A stretch of DNA of 64,000 nt from Minutocellus sp. GHC0000111 (Eukaryota), in the NCBI GenBank assembly GCA_977018835.1, contig OZ361257.1, forward strand, positions 2,418,001 to 2,482,000, given 5' to 3'. Under the pieces are notes generated by a model. The model searched no databases, was not told the origin of the DNA, and saw nothing but the letters and a program-made list of their open reading frames with translations. Below, in pieces: positions 11,415 through 22,856 of the stretch. The translations under genes and the position numbers were made by a program. The number at the start of each line of letters is the position of its first letter. Position 1 is the first letter of the stretch.

Positions 11415-11927
11415 ATGAGCGTGAACGAAGTCAAGCTCCGAAAGGCGGAAATTGAATTCGAAGTGCGCGGCACAGGACATGCTGGATCACGGACTTTTGC
11501 TATCGGAGACGAAGATCACACGCTGGGCAACTGCCTTCGACACGTTCTGATCCAGAACCAAAAGGTTGCCTTTGCGGGTTACTCGGTGCCTCACCCTTCG
11601 GAGCCCATTGTTCACCTGCGCGTCCAGACGGCCAAGGGATCGGTCAGCGCAGGTTCGGGTAGTGGCAATTCCAGCAGCAGCCGTCGCCGTCGCAGATCGG
11701 CCGATGAGGATGAGATGGACGTTGATGAAGAGGGAGGTGATCGGATGACTGCGGTGGATGCCCTCAAGGAGGCCTGCCAGACTCTGAGTGATCAGTGCGA
11801 CTTTGTTCTTGGCGCTGTAGAAGAGGCGCTTCCGGAAGTGAAGGAGGATCGTGAAAGAATTGAGAAACTTGCCCTCACTAGAGGACACGATGATGACGAA
11901 GATGAGGAAGACGACGATGATGAGTGA
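11415..11927 (+). CDS. POLR1D: RNA polymerase I/III subunit AC19 (RPAC2)
   Basis: DEDHTLGNCLRHVL...FAGYSVPHPSE...HLRVQT; start placed at MSVNEV. Confidence 0.9.
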   Translation: MSVNEVKLRKAEIEFEVRGTGHAGSRTFAIGDEDHTLGNCLRHVLIQNQKVAFAGYSVPHPSEPIVHLRVQTAKGSVSAGSGSGNSSSSRRRRRSADEDEMDVDEEGGDRMTAVDALKEACQTLSDQCDFVLGAVEEALPEVKEDRERIEKLALTRGHDDDEDEEDDDDE

Positions 11928-12054
11928 GGAGTTGATCAGGCGAAATAGGAATCCCTAATTTGACCGAGTCATGCGATGATGTTGAAGAAGAAGAGTTCAA
12001 GGTTTAAGAAAGAGATTGAGGTGCAAGGAGTAAATGTGCAATGAAGGGAATGCC

Positions 12055-13467
12055 CTAAGTTAAAACTAACTCATCGGACTGTATATTGAAGTCTTGAGCA
12101 ATATCATCATATTGCTTTCTTCGACGCTGTCTGTAGGCCAAGGAAAGGAAGGCAGTAATAACAAGAGCAGCGAGAATGCCGGCCGATATTGCCAACATTA
12201 GTCTATGCCCTCCAGTATCGACCATACGCTGGTACCACAAGGCGCGGGCACAATTATTGTATTCCCGACTTGTCGCTGCTGTTAAAACGCATCCCCAGTC
12301 TCGCGCACAGTTGGCAACGCATGGAGGTTGAGGGGCACCGACGCGTTGGTTGGACAAAAACACCTCCAATTCATCCCCGTTTGCTGCAATCGAGTCAACA
12401 ATCGATCGCATGGTCTGCGTTGTCATGCTTTCAACTCCATATGCCTCTTGAAAATTGTACAGTTGCTGCCAAGTGGCATTGCTTCCACTCCCGTTTAGAT
12501 CCAAATAATACGTCTGATAGTTTTGGACTTCACCATTTGCATTGTCATACTCTACTACTCGAAAGGAGGGATTGCCTCCGAAAATAGGGGTGACCGAGCT
12601 CGTCAAAAGTATTGGTGAAGCATTTTCCGGAAGCAGGCGAAATTCATCACTGTGTAGATGTCCGAACAACTGAGCGGTAATCGTATCGCTGTACTCGTCA
12701 ACTAAAGCAAGATACTGCTTTAGATACCTTTCTTGCCAGAACTGTGAATGACGATAGGAACCAATGGCGGGAGGGATATGCGAAGCGATCATAACATGGC
12801 CTCCTTCCGCTTTTATTCGCTCCAATTTCTTGCGCAGCCACTCGAACTGCCCCAACGGATCGTCACCGGAATACCGAGGCTGATGGTTCATTGAAAAAAT
12901 GACGCTGTTCAATGCAATCATCTTAACATTGTTGCGCATAGGACGGGAGAAATACCCTCCTCGTCGGAACGTCTCAACTTCAGACTTTGCCATGAAGGAT
13001 TTGAGGTTACTATCCATTGCCATGCGTAAGACCTTTGGGTCATCGACGTCAAGATAGTAGTCGGCGATCGCATCGTTATTTCCCAGACACCAAACAATCG
13101 AAGTGCGTGGAAATACGCTCCTGAAACCATGGCCGATCTGATTGAAAATGTCTGTTAGCGTGGTCTCTGCCGTTGTCAGTCGGTCCATACCATGTCTCGA
13201 TATATCTCCAGTTACGAGAATGAAATCTGGTGAAGGGAGGGCATCCTTGGCCGCTCGGAGGGTGTTCTGAATTAGAGATAATGGGGCATCGCACTCTACC
13301 TGCCCCTCCGAGGGTGCATTAGCAGAGGAGCAGGATGTTCCTCTGGTAACCCAAGCATCACCTTGGCTGTAGTAAGGATCGTAGTGGAGATCGCTCAGCC
13401 ACAGGAATCGGCCCGTCTCTGCAATGCAAAAATGAGGAGCAAGGGCCAGAACAAAGGAGAAGAACAT
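12055..13467 (-). CDS. Acid sphingomyelinase-like phosphodiesterase (calcineurin-like metallophosphoesterase), signal peptide and C-terminal TM
   Basis: SDLHYD, TGDISRH, LGNND, SHIPP, GHLH, NPSFRV motifs. Confidence 0.9.
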   Translation of the reverse strand: MFFSFVLALAPHFCIAETGRFLWLSDLHYDPYYSQGDAWVTRGTSCSSANAPSEGQVECDAPLSLIQNTLRAAKDALPSPDFILVTGDISRHGMDRLTTAETTLTDIFNQIGHGFRSVFPRTSIVWCLGNNDAIADYYLDVDDPKVLRMAMDSNLKSFMAKSEVETFRRGGYFSRPMRNNVKMIALNSVIFSMNHQPRYSGDDPLGQFEWLRKKLERIKAEGGHVMIASHIPPAIGSYRHSQFWQERYLKQYLALVDEYSDTITAQLFGHLHSDEFRLLPENASPILLTSSVTPIFGGNPSFRVVEYDNANGEVQNYQTYYLDLNGSGSNATWQQLYNFQEAYGVESMTTQTMRSIVDSIAANGDELEVFLSNQRVGAPQPPCVANCARDWGCVLTAATSREYNNCARALWYQRMVDTGGHRLMLAISAGILAALVITAFLSLAYRQRRRKQYDDIAQDFNIQSDELVLT

Positions 13468-13558
13468 CCCAGACCAAGAAAGCTGACGATGCCGGCCAGT
13501 AAATGTTGTCCACTGTCACTACGATGAAACTGCATCCCCTCACCATATAATGTTCGGA

Positions 13559-14563
13559 TCAGTTTGAAAGATACCGCCGAGGCCAGGATGCACCAACATA
13601 GAAAGAAATTGTCGTGGATGGAAGTCGCTGGAAGACGGCAACAACCACAAATGCGAATACTGGTTTGATAGCTTCCACGACGCCAACAACCAATGCAGGA
13701 GCCATATAGCAAACCAAACTCAAACTCAGATGATAAATCAGTATGAGAACCGAACTAATGAGCACCAACGAAAGCTGCTCCGAGCTGAGCTGGAACATCA
13801 CGAAGCCTTCGAATAGCAATGCTACTGGAACCACAAACAGTGCTCCGACAAACATCTTCAAACAAGTTAGTTCGCTTATACTCATGCCCACGTCATCCAT
13901 ACGAAGGGCAGTCCAGCGCAATGTTGCGACGACTATTCCGCCCAACATGGCGTAGGCCATGTTTAATGCAAAAGCGATTAGTCCGCCGGCATGAGCATTG
14001 CCATTGGTTTCTCCTTCTCCTTCCTCTCTTCCTTCATCGTCTACCGCAAAGAAGGACCCCAAACTGGCAATGGACGATCCAATTACAATACCAACAAGAG
14101 CAATAAACTCGCCCAAACCACCGGGAGCCTCCCCGAGCACGATCCAGGCCGCGACTGCAATGAAGACGAGGTGCAGACCATGAAAGACCTCAAATATTGC
14201 AGCCGGAGTCTGTTGCAGCGCCACATGAGCTACAATTGCGTTCATCCCAAAGGAACACCCCACCAGCGACGACAGTCTAAGCTTTGGATAAAGTAATTGT
14301 CGATCGAGCAATCTTGGCTTGCGTCTTTTGATGATAATGTCTTTCAAGACAAGTATTGTCGCGATCGCCATCGATACAATGGCGAGGTGAAGAGCACTTG
14401 TGCTAAGCGGATGAGAGAAGTTGGCACCACTTTCTGGACCCCATCGAGTACATGCTTCGTCAGTCAATAGACATCTTATCGCAAGTGCCACGAGAGAAGA
14501 CGAAAGTAGGAGCGAAACGACAGCGAGGGGAAGCCACTTTTGTGAGTTGGAGGGCTCCATCAC
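13559..14563 (-). CDS. DMT-superfamily (TPT/nucleotide-sugar transporter-like) membrane protein; last TM appears frameshifted near 13590
   Basis: About 9 TM segments, FSHPL and WIVLGE motifs; hydrophobic LASAVSFKL continues in another frame. Confidence 0.7.
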   Translation of the reverse strand: MMEPSNSQKWLPLAVVSLLLSSSLVALAIRCLLTDEACTRWGPESGANFSHPLSTSALHLAIVSMAIATILVLKDIIIKRRKPRLLDRQLLYPKLRLSSLVGCSFGMNAIVAHVALQQTPAAIFEVFHGLHLVFIAVAAWIVLGEAPGGLGEFIALVGIVIGSSIASLGSFFAVDDEGREEGEGETNGNAHAGGLIAFALNMAYAMLGGIVVATLRWTALRMDDVGMSISELTCLKMFVGALFVVPVALLFEGFVMFQLSSEQLSLVLISSVLILIYHLSLSLVCYMAPALVVGVVEAIKPVFAFVVVAVFQRLPSTTISFYVGASWPRRYLSN

Positions 14564-14767
14564 ATATTATCAATCACAGGTCAGGTATTCCTCCATGTTG
14601 CATCGTCGTCGAGTACAGTTGGACCGAGTCAGAGTTATCTCGTCTCTCGTCCGCCTTTGTGATAATCATGGATCATGGATGGGGATTGTCGGCCGGAATG
14701 CATGCCGGAATGGCTGGCCAGCGGCCGGCGGCGGCCAGACCAACCATAAGTAAATGAGGATAGTGTG

Positions 14768-17700
14768 CCTTTCGAGTTCAGAGGATTTGAAAGTGACGTG
14801 ATTAAGACGTATTAGAAACACGACCACACCAGACCAAAAATCCAAGCTCACTTTTTCTAACTCCGAGGAATAAATGACGGCCAAGATGGAAGTCGGGGCA
14901 AGAACCAAGTTATGGTCACCAACTTCTACATATAGTCGAGAGATATTGTGCACCAGAACCAATAAATGTACATTATGTGATGATTTTTTTCGACATTTGC
15001 ATTCCTCACCCCGGGAAAAAATACATTTTTGGAAGCACCAAATCAAAATGTAATGAATAGAAATGGACATGCTATGATAAGTTATAGCAAATCAATGACT
15101 CCATCGTCTTCATCATTTTCATCTATGTCGTCCTCAATGTCATCATCTTCGCCGGGAGCATCAATTGGCCAGAGTGGTTCACCATCCTCTTCAGCTTCTT
15201 CCTCGGCAATTTTTGCGAGACCAGCCTTTCCCCGTCTGGTCTCCACAAGATTGTTACCGCCACGACTTCTCTTGATGTTGTTATATATCACTGGAAGTTT
15301 TCCAAATACATTGAGAAAGGCCTCTTTTGATGCGACATTGGCCCATACTTTCATCACAGTCTTGTCAAGAGCATTCGCATCATTCTTCTGACCGCGATGC
15401 TCCTTTTCGACGGCCGACTGCAAAGACATCCAGATGCCGAGATCAAGAACATTTGTCTCGGGCGACCGAGGAACCTGCTGGATTATCTCAATCTTATATT
15501 TGTTTTTGAGGTCCTCGGTGTACTTCTCAACTGCTTCATTGGACCCATGACCGCCGGCATTGTCCATCATAAGATGTGTAACATCAGACTCCTGAATATT
15601 TTGTGGATCCCACTTCACCCAATGATGTGCGTCTCGAATCGCCTTCCCGACCTCATTCATAGTCTCCAACATCCATTTGGAGTCGCAGCTACAGTCCTTG
15701 GTAACCTTATCGCCCCGTTGATACCGCACCCCGAGCTCAAGGTCGTCGATCTCAACCTTCACCTTCTCTCCATTGCTATCAGGAGTGTGTCGCTTGAGAC
15801 TCGAGATCTTTTGATTGTAGCCAACAGCGGCATGCTTGCGACTTTTTGCCTGACCGTCGGATTTATAGTCCTCGTGTTGAAGTTCCAATCGCTCTGTAAC
15901 AAACTCAGAAAGGCCGTAGATTTCGGCAATGTGGTCGCAAAGATGGCCGGCGGTCATGTCAGCATTCTCGTCGTAAATGTCGCGCCAATCTTTGTCATTT
16001 TTTAGCGCATCGTTGACCTTAGCATCTGGAGAGAAATTCTGATTACGCGTAAGCTTTTCCACCTTCTGCTCCCTGGCGACTCTCTTGATCATGATGCGCC
16101 CATTGAAATCAACGTCTTTGGTTTCATCCTTCATTGGTCGGCCAACAACTCCAAGATGCATAACTTTGACAGGGTGTCTTCTGGATCGAATTTTCGGGCT
16201 TGCCTCGGAAGCATGGACAGACGCGAGGTTCGGACTGCAGAAAGTGGCAACATCTTGATCTTTCATCAAGATGCGCTGCAGGAATGTTGGGATCGGTCGC
16301 AATGTCCTCCCACTTTTCGATCCAACCAAGTCGCTTCCTGCAATGTTCGGGGGTGAGCCTCGGCTTCTCGATCGACGACTTCTCCTTGCCGCCCCTTGCT
16401 TTTTCCACCAGCGAAAAAGCTAAAGACGATGGAGACTAATTGTCAGCCTATCTTTACCTGGAGTGTAGCAGCTGATTTTGCGCTCATGCAGTCAGCTAGC
16501 TCCTTAAAGGTTGCCATCGCACCCTTCATCCGAGCAGCACACCGATGCAGCTCGCGGAGACATCCTGGCTCCTTCTCCTCGATCATGTCCGTGCATGCCT
16601 TCCTTCCACGAACCTCCTTTCTGCCGATGGGATTGCTGATGCCATCAGTAAGGCTTTTGTAGAGCTGGTCTCTCCACTTGTAAAGCTGAGAACCACCGGT
16701 TGACTTGGCACAACCGTGATCGCACGCAACTTGCCGACACGCGGCAGTTGCAATTTGTTGCCGGTCTTCATGCGTGCGAGTTGGGTCGCCGCATCCCCAC
16801 CAATCCGCGAGAGCCACGGCGCTGAACCGCATTCTTTCATTCGCCTGCTTTTCTTTTCTGATTGGTGTTGGTTCGGTGACGGTTGCATTGGGACGAGGAG
16901 GACGGAGCATGTCATCGTTGGCCATCCGAACAACAAAGTCGAGGCGGAGAGCGACCTTTGCCTGTTCATCAATGTCACTGGAGGTGGCACAGACAACGGA
17001 AGCATCGGCTCCTCCTAAACCTTCATCATTGGGGGAGGCTGCAGCTGCTTCAGTGGCGGAAGTGTCACCAGTTCCCTTCAGCATGCTGAGGAGACTTGCT
17101 GGCATCCAACCCAGTTTCTTGGCCTCGTCGACTAGTGATTTTACTCTTGCTTGCTTCGCAATGCGCTGACTGCACCTCCTTTCTGTGAGCTGACAACCTC
17201 TCACCTAGCTTAGTAGCTAAGACAGTCGAGCGCCCAGAGAACAGAACTTCATCGGGATTTCTTTTCTCGTGCACCTTCTGTCCCTCCGGTCCAGAGAATT
17301 TCGGGTGGTTGTCCTCCTTCTTTTTACGCAACCTGTGAGCACAAACATGAAGCGCCCTGCGTCTTGTCTTCCCTCTCGGCCGACACGTCGACAAGTGCAA
17401 CTTCAAACTGCAATGCTCCTTCCTTGAGATGTTGCTGCATGTCCTTCCATTTTTCCTCGTTGCACTGTAGCTCATACTTTCCTCCCCACCGACGGACTTG
17501 GAACGCAACAAGTCGGCCTCGATGAAAGCAGGGAGGACGTCTTCCCACTTCTGCCGAGAACCAACACAAATGTCATCTTTGCCGCAGGAGTCGGGGGTTG
17601 CTCTCCACCACAGATCCTTACCAGCCCTTCGAATGACATCTGCTGCAAGGAGAAAGGCCATGGGGATAGGAGGAGGGGCCGTCCTCTTCTTCGCCGACGA

Positions 17701-18190
17701 CGGGGTGACGGTTTGGCGCGGGGGCGAGTTTGACCGTGGCCGCTTCTTCGACGTGTTTGCGCTCGGCGATGGTGTTTTCGGCTCAGCTGCCGCCTTTGCC
17801 GCCTTCCTGGATGCCTTGGTGTTGCCTCTCTTGCTCCCTGAGAACGAAGTTCTGCTGCGTTTGTATTTTTTGGGCGTGGTCTGGTTGGTCGTCGTCATCG
17901 TCACAAAATTTGCGGGGGGGTTGCGGTGAGAGGGTGTGCGGGGGACCAAAAAACACATGTGTTCCTGCCAGAATCTACTGGACCTGCGAATTCAGTGGAT
18001 ACTACTGGTCGGTGGCAACCTACTGAATGAGCAGGTCCAGTAGATATCCACGAGTTGAGGAGTATTTGCGTTCCTCCCGAAGAGAACATCGACTAACAAA
18101 ACACGTGGTGGGAGATGAGAAATGGGTGCAAGAATGACCTTTTTTAGGGGTTATTGGTATACCCTCTACAAATCCTCTGAAACCGAAAGG
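14768..18190 (-). mobile_element. Tc1/mariner-type DNA transposon, degenerate
   Basis: 22-bp TIRs CCTTTCG(AG/GT)TTCAGAGGATTTG (20/22); TA at 18191-92 and TG at 14766-67; transposase fragments AHLDE, MDNAGGHG, PRSPETNVLDLGIW in broken frames 15082-17958. Confidence 0.9.
15082..17958 (-). pseudogene. Frameshifted mariner-like DDD transposase
   Basis: Four or more frame pieces (17958-17065, 17204-16443, 16408-16124, 16329-15082); apparent Tyr-to-Cys/His changes (VACDHGCAK, GCLRELHRCA). Confidence 0.85.
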
Positions 18191-18235
18191 TACACTTTTA
18201 GAGCCTCTTTCGGCCAATAGTGTACATTTACTGTA

Positions 18236-18353
18236 CACTATCCTCTCCTCCCTGGTTGGGAGAAAGTCGATTTAGAATAAGAAAAATGGGGTGCTACCTC
18301 CTACAAAAACTCAATTTTCTTATTGCTTCTCCCAAGGTAGACGGAGGATAGTG
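18236..18353. mobile_element. 118-bp MITE-like element
   Basis: TA|CACTATCCTC...GAGGATAGTG|TA with further imperfect inverted arms (ttgggagaa / aataagaaaa). Confidence 0.7.
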
Positions 18354-18959
18354 TACACTGAGAGGCTCTTTTTTGTACACTCGCTCCAGGTAGGAAGTCG
18401 GGCATAATTAGTGACAAGATCTTTTGCCTCCTCGGCCTCTCTCGACAATTCGAGCCACGCTGGATCCAACGTGCAACATCTGTGGGGGAAAAGATTAAAA
18501 AGGCGGGCAGGAATGCCACTTGCTTGCACCGCCGACGCTGTGCGGCTTGTGCATCGGTCCATGTTGCTGCCCTCTTCATTTTATGTCGAATGCACGTGAT
18601 GGAAGCAAAGGACCGATCGATACTGTCGTCAAATTTTGCGCAGATTGGGCCAGAGAAATAGATGGAAAGAGAGCAATTGAGAGATTGTGAAGCGTCCTTT
18701 CGAAGATGACTGTGGACAGGAAAACGGTCGTGAGTACTAGTAGAGGACGCAGGACGCACCGGAACATGTGTGCAAAAAAGTTAAATGTACCATTGCGATG
18801 GAACGAAATTATGATTTGCAGAGATAACGCACGTTCAATTCGAATGGCATAAATATAAATTTGTATGCAGCTCATAACAGAGTACGCAGCTGCAGCACAT
18901 GTATTGCAATTTGCATGTCAAATACATGCATTGATCATGAATGTAATATATAATATATA

Positions 18960-19136
18960 CAGTCCGTTCTCACCTATAAGCAATTGGTAATTGCTTAGGT
19001 GAGGGCTGAGATTCTGAGCATATTGCTTATTCTAAGAGCTAATTGGTACCTCATTCGCATGTTATTCCTTATTCCAAAATAAGCAATTTGAGACCTCGGG
19101 CCCGAGTCTCAATTGCTTATAGGTGAGAACGGACTG
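18960..19136. mobile_element. 177-bp MITE, pogo/Tc1-type ends
   Basis: Perfect 27-bp TIR CAGTCCGTTCTCACCTATAAGCAATTG; TA on both sides (18958-59, 19137-38). Confidence 0.95.
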
Positions 19137-20662
19137 TAATGCATGCAATGTTTGGTGCAGAATTTTTGTACCGGTAAAACGACTAGCAGGTTAAGCATAT
19201 TAACTCAGCAGATCTCAAAAAAGTATTTGCGCTATTAATTTTAATCGTAAATGCATCTGCATATCTATCTAGACCTACAGTCCAAACTGTAGAATCACAA
19301 CCGATGCTGCCCCACTTTCAAAGTAGCAGATCTAGCCTCGCGATGCGCATTGAGTGCACACGTTCACACGCATGAATTACATGTACACCACCCAATTATC
19401 TGCATCTCTCTGTTGCTTCAACCCTTGCATGCATTCCCACCGGTATGTTATGCTCGTCTCGTGCCTCTGCTCTGATTGATCATGGCCGCATCATGGCATC
19501 ATCGCATCATCGCTCACATTTGTCGTTGTCGACACGACGCGGCAAGCAGCGCACTTTTACTACCTCGGCTCGGCCCATTTCGCCCACATAACAAAGATAT
19601 CATCGACATCTTCGCCATTCTTGCCTTCGTTTTACGCTGATTGATCGGCCGCACCTCTACTTGGCGGAGTCGCGATCTTGGAGGCACACGAAAAAGTTCC
19701 ACGTTGATGCGTTTAGACGACGAGAATGAATGTGACTCTCGGCTTGCTCGTCTGCCAGCCGTTCCACGATTTCCGCAATACCGAGTAGCTGAATTATAAA
19801 AAAAGATACGGGCCGATGTTTTTCATCGGGGGCGCCCGGTGCTTGCCTGTCTTCCGCCTCCTGGGGGACGGAATAAGTCGGCCATCTTGAGCTCTGCTAC
19901 TGCTAGTATGTGCCTCATTTTGTCTTCGTCGTTTCAGAGCTGCGCTGTTTTTGTTAGTACACTACCAACGGATGGAGGGTGGACATCAAGTGTACACCAT
20001 CCTCCTGCACTCCTACCTAGGCCTAGGTACGTAGCATGCATGGCCAACAAGCAGAAATTTGGCGCCTCGACGATTTGCAGATCTCTTACATGCACCGGTA
20101 CGTGTACCGTAGAGATTGCAGCAAGTTTCAAGATGGTACCGGAATTTCCTCCTGCTCTCTATCCAAAAGCAAGGAGGACTGGTAAACCTACAAAGCTAGG
20201 CTCTAACGGTAGATCTTGGCTGAGGGAAAGAAGAAGATGATGTGTATGTGAGAGCGGGGGAATTTGTTGTGGGATTCGAAGGGGTGCCGGTGTCGATCGG
20301 CCATGCCCAAGAGTGAGTCTGCCGTAAACAAGACATGTGCGCACGCACAAACGCACTGCGTTCATTGGGTTCCAACGCATGCACACACAATTGTCACAAA
20401 ACTTATGCTTGGGTTATTTGTCGGTTAAATATCTACAGGAGGGGCACATAAGCTCTGCAAGACCCAGTCTCCCCATCTATTGGTAGGTCGATCGCAAACA
20501 GGGATCAGAAGGCATTCATTGACAGTTGTTGGTTGCCTGCGCATGAGCGCTGCTGTTCACGCAGTTGATGTAATTGAATGAACATAAAGGCGTCCTTATG
20601 CGCAAAGGGCAGCGTCAAAAATTTCGAAGCACGTTCCACGTTGGCAATGCGATGCAATGAAT

Positions 20663-21154
20663 TTACTTCTTCTTGGCCCAGAGGGGCTTGTCCTCGTCAC
20701 CGGACCAGTCGTACTTGGTCTTGGCCATCATGTGGCCCTTGGTGGCAGACTTGAACCAGTCCTGGCTGACGTCGGTGCCGCGGTCGAGGTAGAACTTGGT
20801 GTAGTCGAGGAACTTGCCGGCCTTGGCGACGTTGCGCTGGTAGTTGGCCTCCTTCTTGGATGCGGCCTCCTTGCGGATCTTGTTGTACTCGTCGGCGGTG
20901 AGGCCGGAGGGGACGTAGGAGCTGCCGGCGGTGATGGTGCCCTGCTTGAGGTTCTTGCGGCCGCGGGCGCCGTAGTCGTTCTGGTCGGCCTTGGGGGCGA
21001 AGAGGTCCATGTCGAAGACACGGGCGGCGATGCGCTTGCCCTTGGGGGCCTCCTTGGCGACGGGGGCGGGAACGGGGGCCTTCTTGCCACCGAAGGGACC
21101 GAAGGCCTCGGTGGAGGCGGCAGCGGCGAGGACGAGAGCGGCAGTGTACTTCAT
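20663..21154 (-). CDS. Small plastid-targeted protein of unknown function
   Basis: Signal peptide with ASAFAP-like cleavage (ASTEA-FGP); strong C/G-ending codon bias typical of highly expressed genes. Confidence 0.85.
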   Translation of the reverse strand: MKYTAALVLAAAASTEAFGPFGGKKAPVPAPVAKEAPKGKRIAARVFDMDLFAPKADQNDYGARGRKNLKQGTITAGSSYVPSGLTADEYNKIRKEAASKKEANYQRNVAKAGKFLDYTKFYLDRGTDVSQDWFKSATKGHMMAKTKYDWSGDEDKPLWAKKK

Positions 21155-21189
21155 TTTCGTGATATTTATTATTCTATTCGATGCCGGAG

Positions 21190-21835
21190 AATGCGTACGT
21201 TGTCGATTCTCGGTCGCCGAGGATCAATCGCCTCCCTCTCGAAAAGCGAAATGTTTGGACATACGCAGAACGCATTCTGGTGGATGGCTGGTGACTGCTT
21301 GGGATTTCGAAGACAACTGGGAGTGAACGCAGAGGGGAAGCCATACAAATTGACGCAATATCTTCGCTACGACGAGAGCCACGTCCTATCATATGAGGAT
21401 CAGCTGCAACTCTTCACATCCAAGGGCTTTGCATTGTGGGACATCATCAAATCATGCGAACGAAAGGGGTCACTTGACGCCGATATAAAGAATGAAGAGC
21501 CCAACGAAATATGGGACTTTTGCAAGTCGCATAAAACAGTGAAGCGCATCGTGTTGGCGAACGGGGGAACGGGTTGTACTATGTTCAATCGTCACTTTCG
21601 GGATTGGTGGCTATCGGGTGAGCTCAAACCTGGCAGCAACGCGGAATCGAAGAAAGCCTTTGATAAATTTGGAAAAAAGACGGACAACTTTCGGGACGCA
21701 AAGATCGAGGTGATTTCGGCGCTTTCCGTTTCTCCGGCTGCTGCGAAATATTCGTACGAAGAGAAACGCCAATTTTGGGAAGACTATGTGTACGGTCCGG
21801 GCCTGAAAGATCACGAGGAGCTCCAGAAAAAATGA
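21190..21835 (+). CDS. UDG-superfamily, hypoxanthine (deoxyinosine) DNA glycosylase-like; N-terminus atypical or truncated
   Basis: ILGxxxSIASL...FGHTQNAFW, FALWDIIKSCERKGSLDADIKNEEPN, LANG, SVSPAAA match the family-6 UDG pattern. Confidence 0.78.
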
Positions 21836-21971
21836 GCCTGCGATAAAGATATTAATAGCAACAGTACAGTATAATTAAGTCGTGTTGTAGAATCAACTCA
21901 AGCTTATAAGAATTAATTATCATCGCCCAAAAGTAGCCAACAAAGTAAATTTGACGAGGATAGATATTCAT

Positions 21972-22856
21972 CTACACCTGAATGAATTTCTCCTTCTTCT
22001 TGCCAACTACCTTGCTCAATATTTCATAATCGGCCACCTCACCATCGAAGTTGCTGGGACTGCTCTCGTCGATGGCATACTTCATCTTTTCGCGGTAAAA
22101 CTTCATGGCTCCTCCGTTCATTTTGAACACCGTCAGCATTACCTTTTGCATGCCATTCTTGTTCGCCACCAGCTCCATGATGTTCATCAGGCGCTTTCCA
22201 AGGCCCGATCGCTGTGCCCGGTCGGACACCTGGATCTCATAGACGTACAGCACCTCCTCCGTCGGCTTCTCATCGTCGTTGGGTTCGAATCGAAAATGCA
22301 CAAAGGCCAATACGTCTCGCTTGGTGGTGCCGTCATCGTTTGCGTTCGCATCGGCACCGTCTGCATCAGCAGCAGCCTCCACGATGAGAAATCGTGCCGT
22401 CTCGTGACGCAGCTCGGACGACTTTTCGTCCAGATCCAATCCCCAACTAGAGGCTTGGTACATGTCGGACATGTTGGCCTTGAAGAGGTCAAGGCAGGCG
22501 TCGTGCAGATCGACGGGAAGAGGAGACGATTGGAAGGCAACCTTGACGGGAATTTTGTTCTTGGGCTTGGTATCCTCATCGCTATTATTTTCCTCTACGC
22601 CGTTGACTTCTGAGGGAACATCCGCGGCCGAGCATGGCGATGGCAGACCGCCCGACGTGCCGTCGGTAGTGGCCCATGCCTTCTTCTCGTCCCCGATGGG
22701 AGCAATATCAAAGGCGAGGAAAGGATCGAGACCATCCAGAGGATTTTCTACCTCGTATGCTGCCTTGATCGACTCCTTCACCCGCTTTGCAGCCTGCGCC
22801 GCCAGCAGTCTCTGGCGCTTCTTCTCGGCCGCCTTGGCGCTCTTCACTTTTCCCAT
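21972..22856 (-). CDS. NAA40: N-alpha-acetyltransferase 40 (NatD)
   Basis: LFKANMSDMYQASSWG, AFVHFRF, VLYVYEIQV, QRSGLGKRLM, KVMLTVFK, IDESSPS, YEILSK. Confidence 0.9.
   Translation of the reverse strand: MGKVKSAKAAEKKRQRLLAAQAAKRVKESIKAAYEVENPLDGLDPFLAFDIAPIGDEKKAWATTDGTSGGLPSPCSAADVPSEVNGVEENNSDEDTKPKNKIPVKVAFQSSPLPVDLHDACLDLFKANMSDMYQASSWGLDLDEKSSELRHETARFLIVEAAADADGADANANDDGTTKRDVLAFVHFRFEPNDDEKPTEEVLYVYEIQVSDRAQRSGLGKRLMNIMELVANKNGMQKVMLTVFKMNGGAMKFYREKMKYAIDESSPSNFDGEVADYEILSKVVGKKKEKFIQV

Noticed and set aside
12055..14563. Transporter-phosphodiesterase fusion gene
   Set aside because: An in-frame stop lies shortly upstream of the phosphodiesterase ATG, which has its own signal peptide.
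20657..21835. Single 392-aa ORF
   Set aside because: The first about 165 codons are the antisense shadow of the plastid-protein gene; only the 3' part is glycosylase-like.
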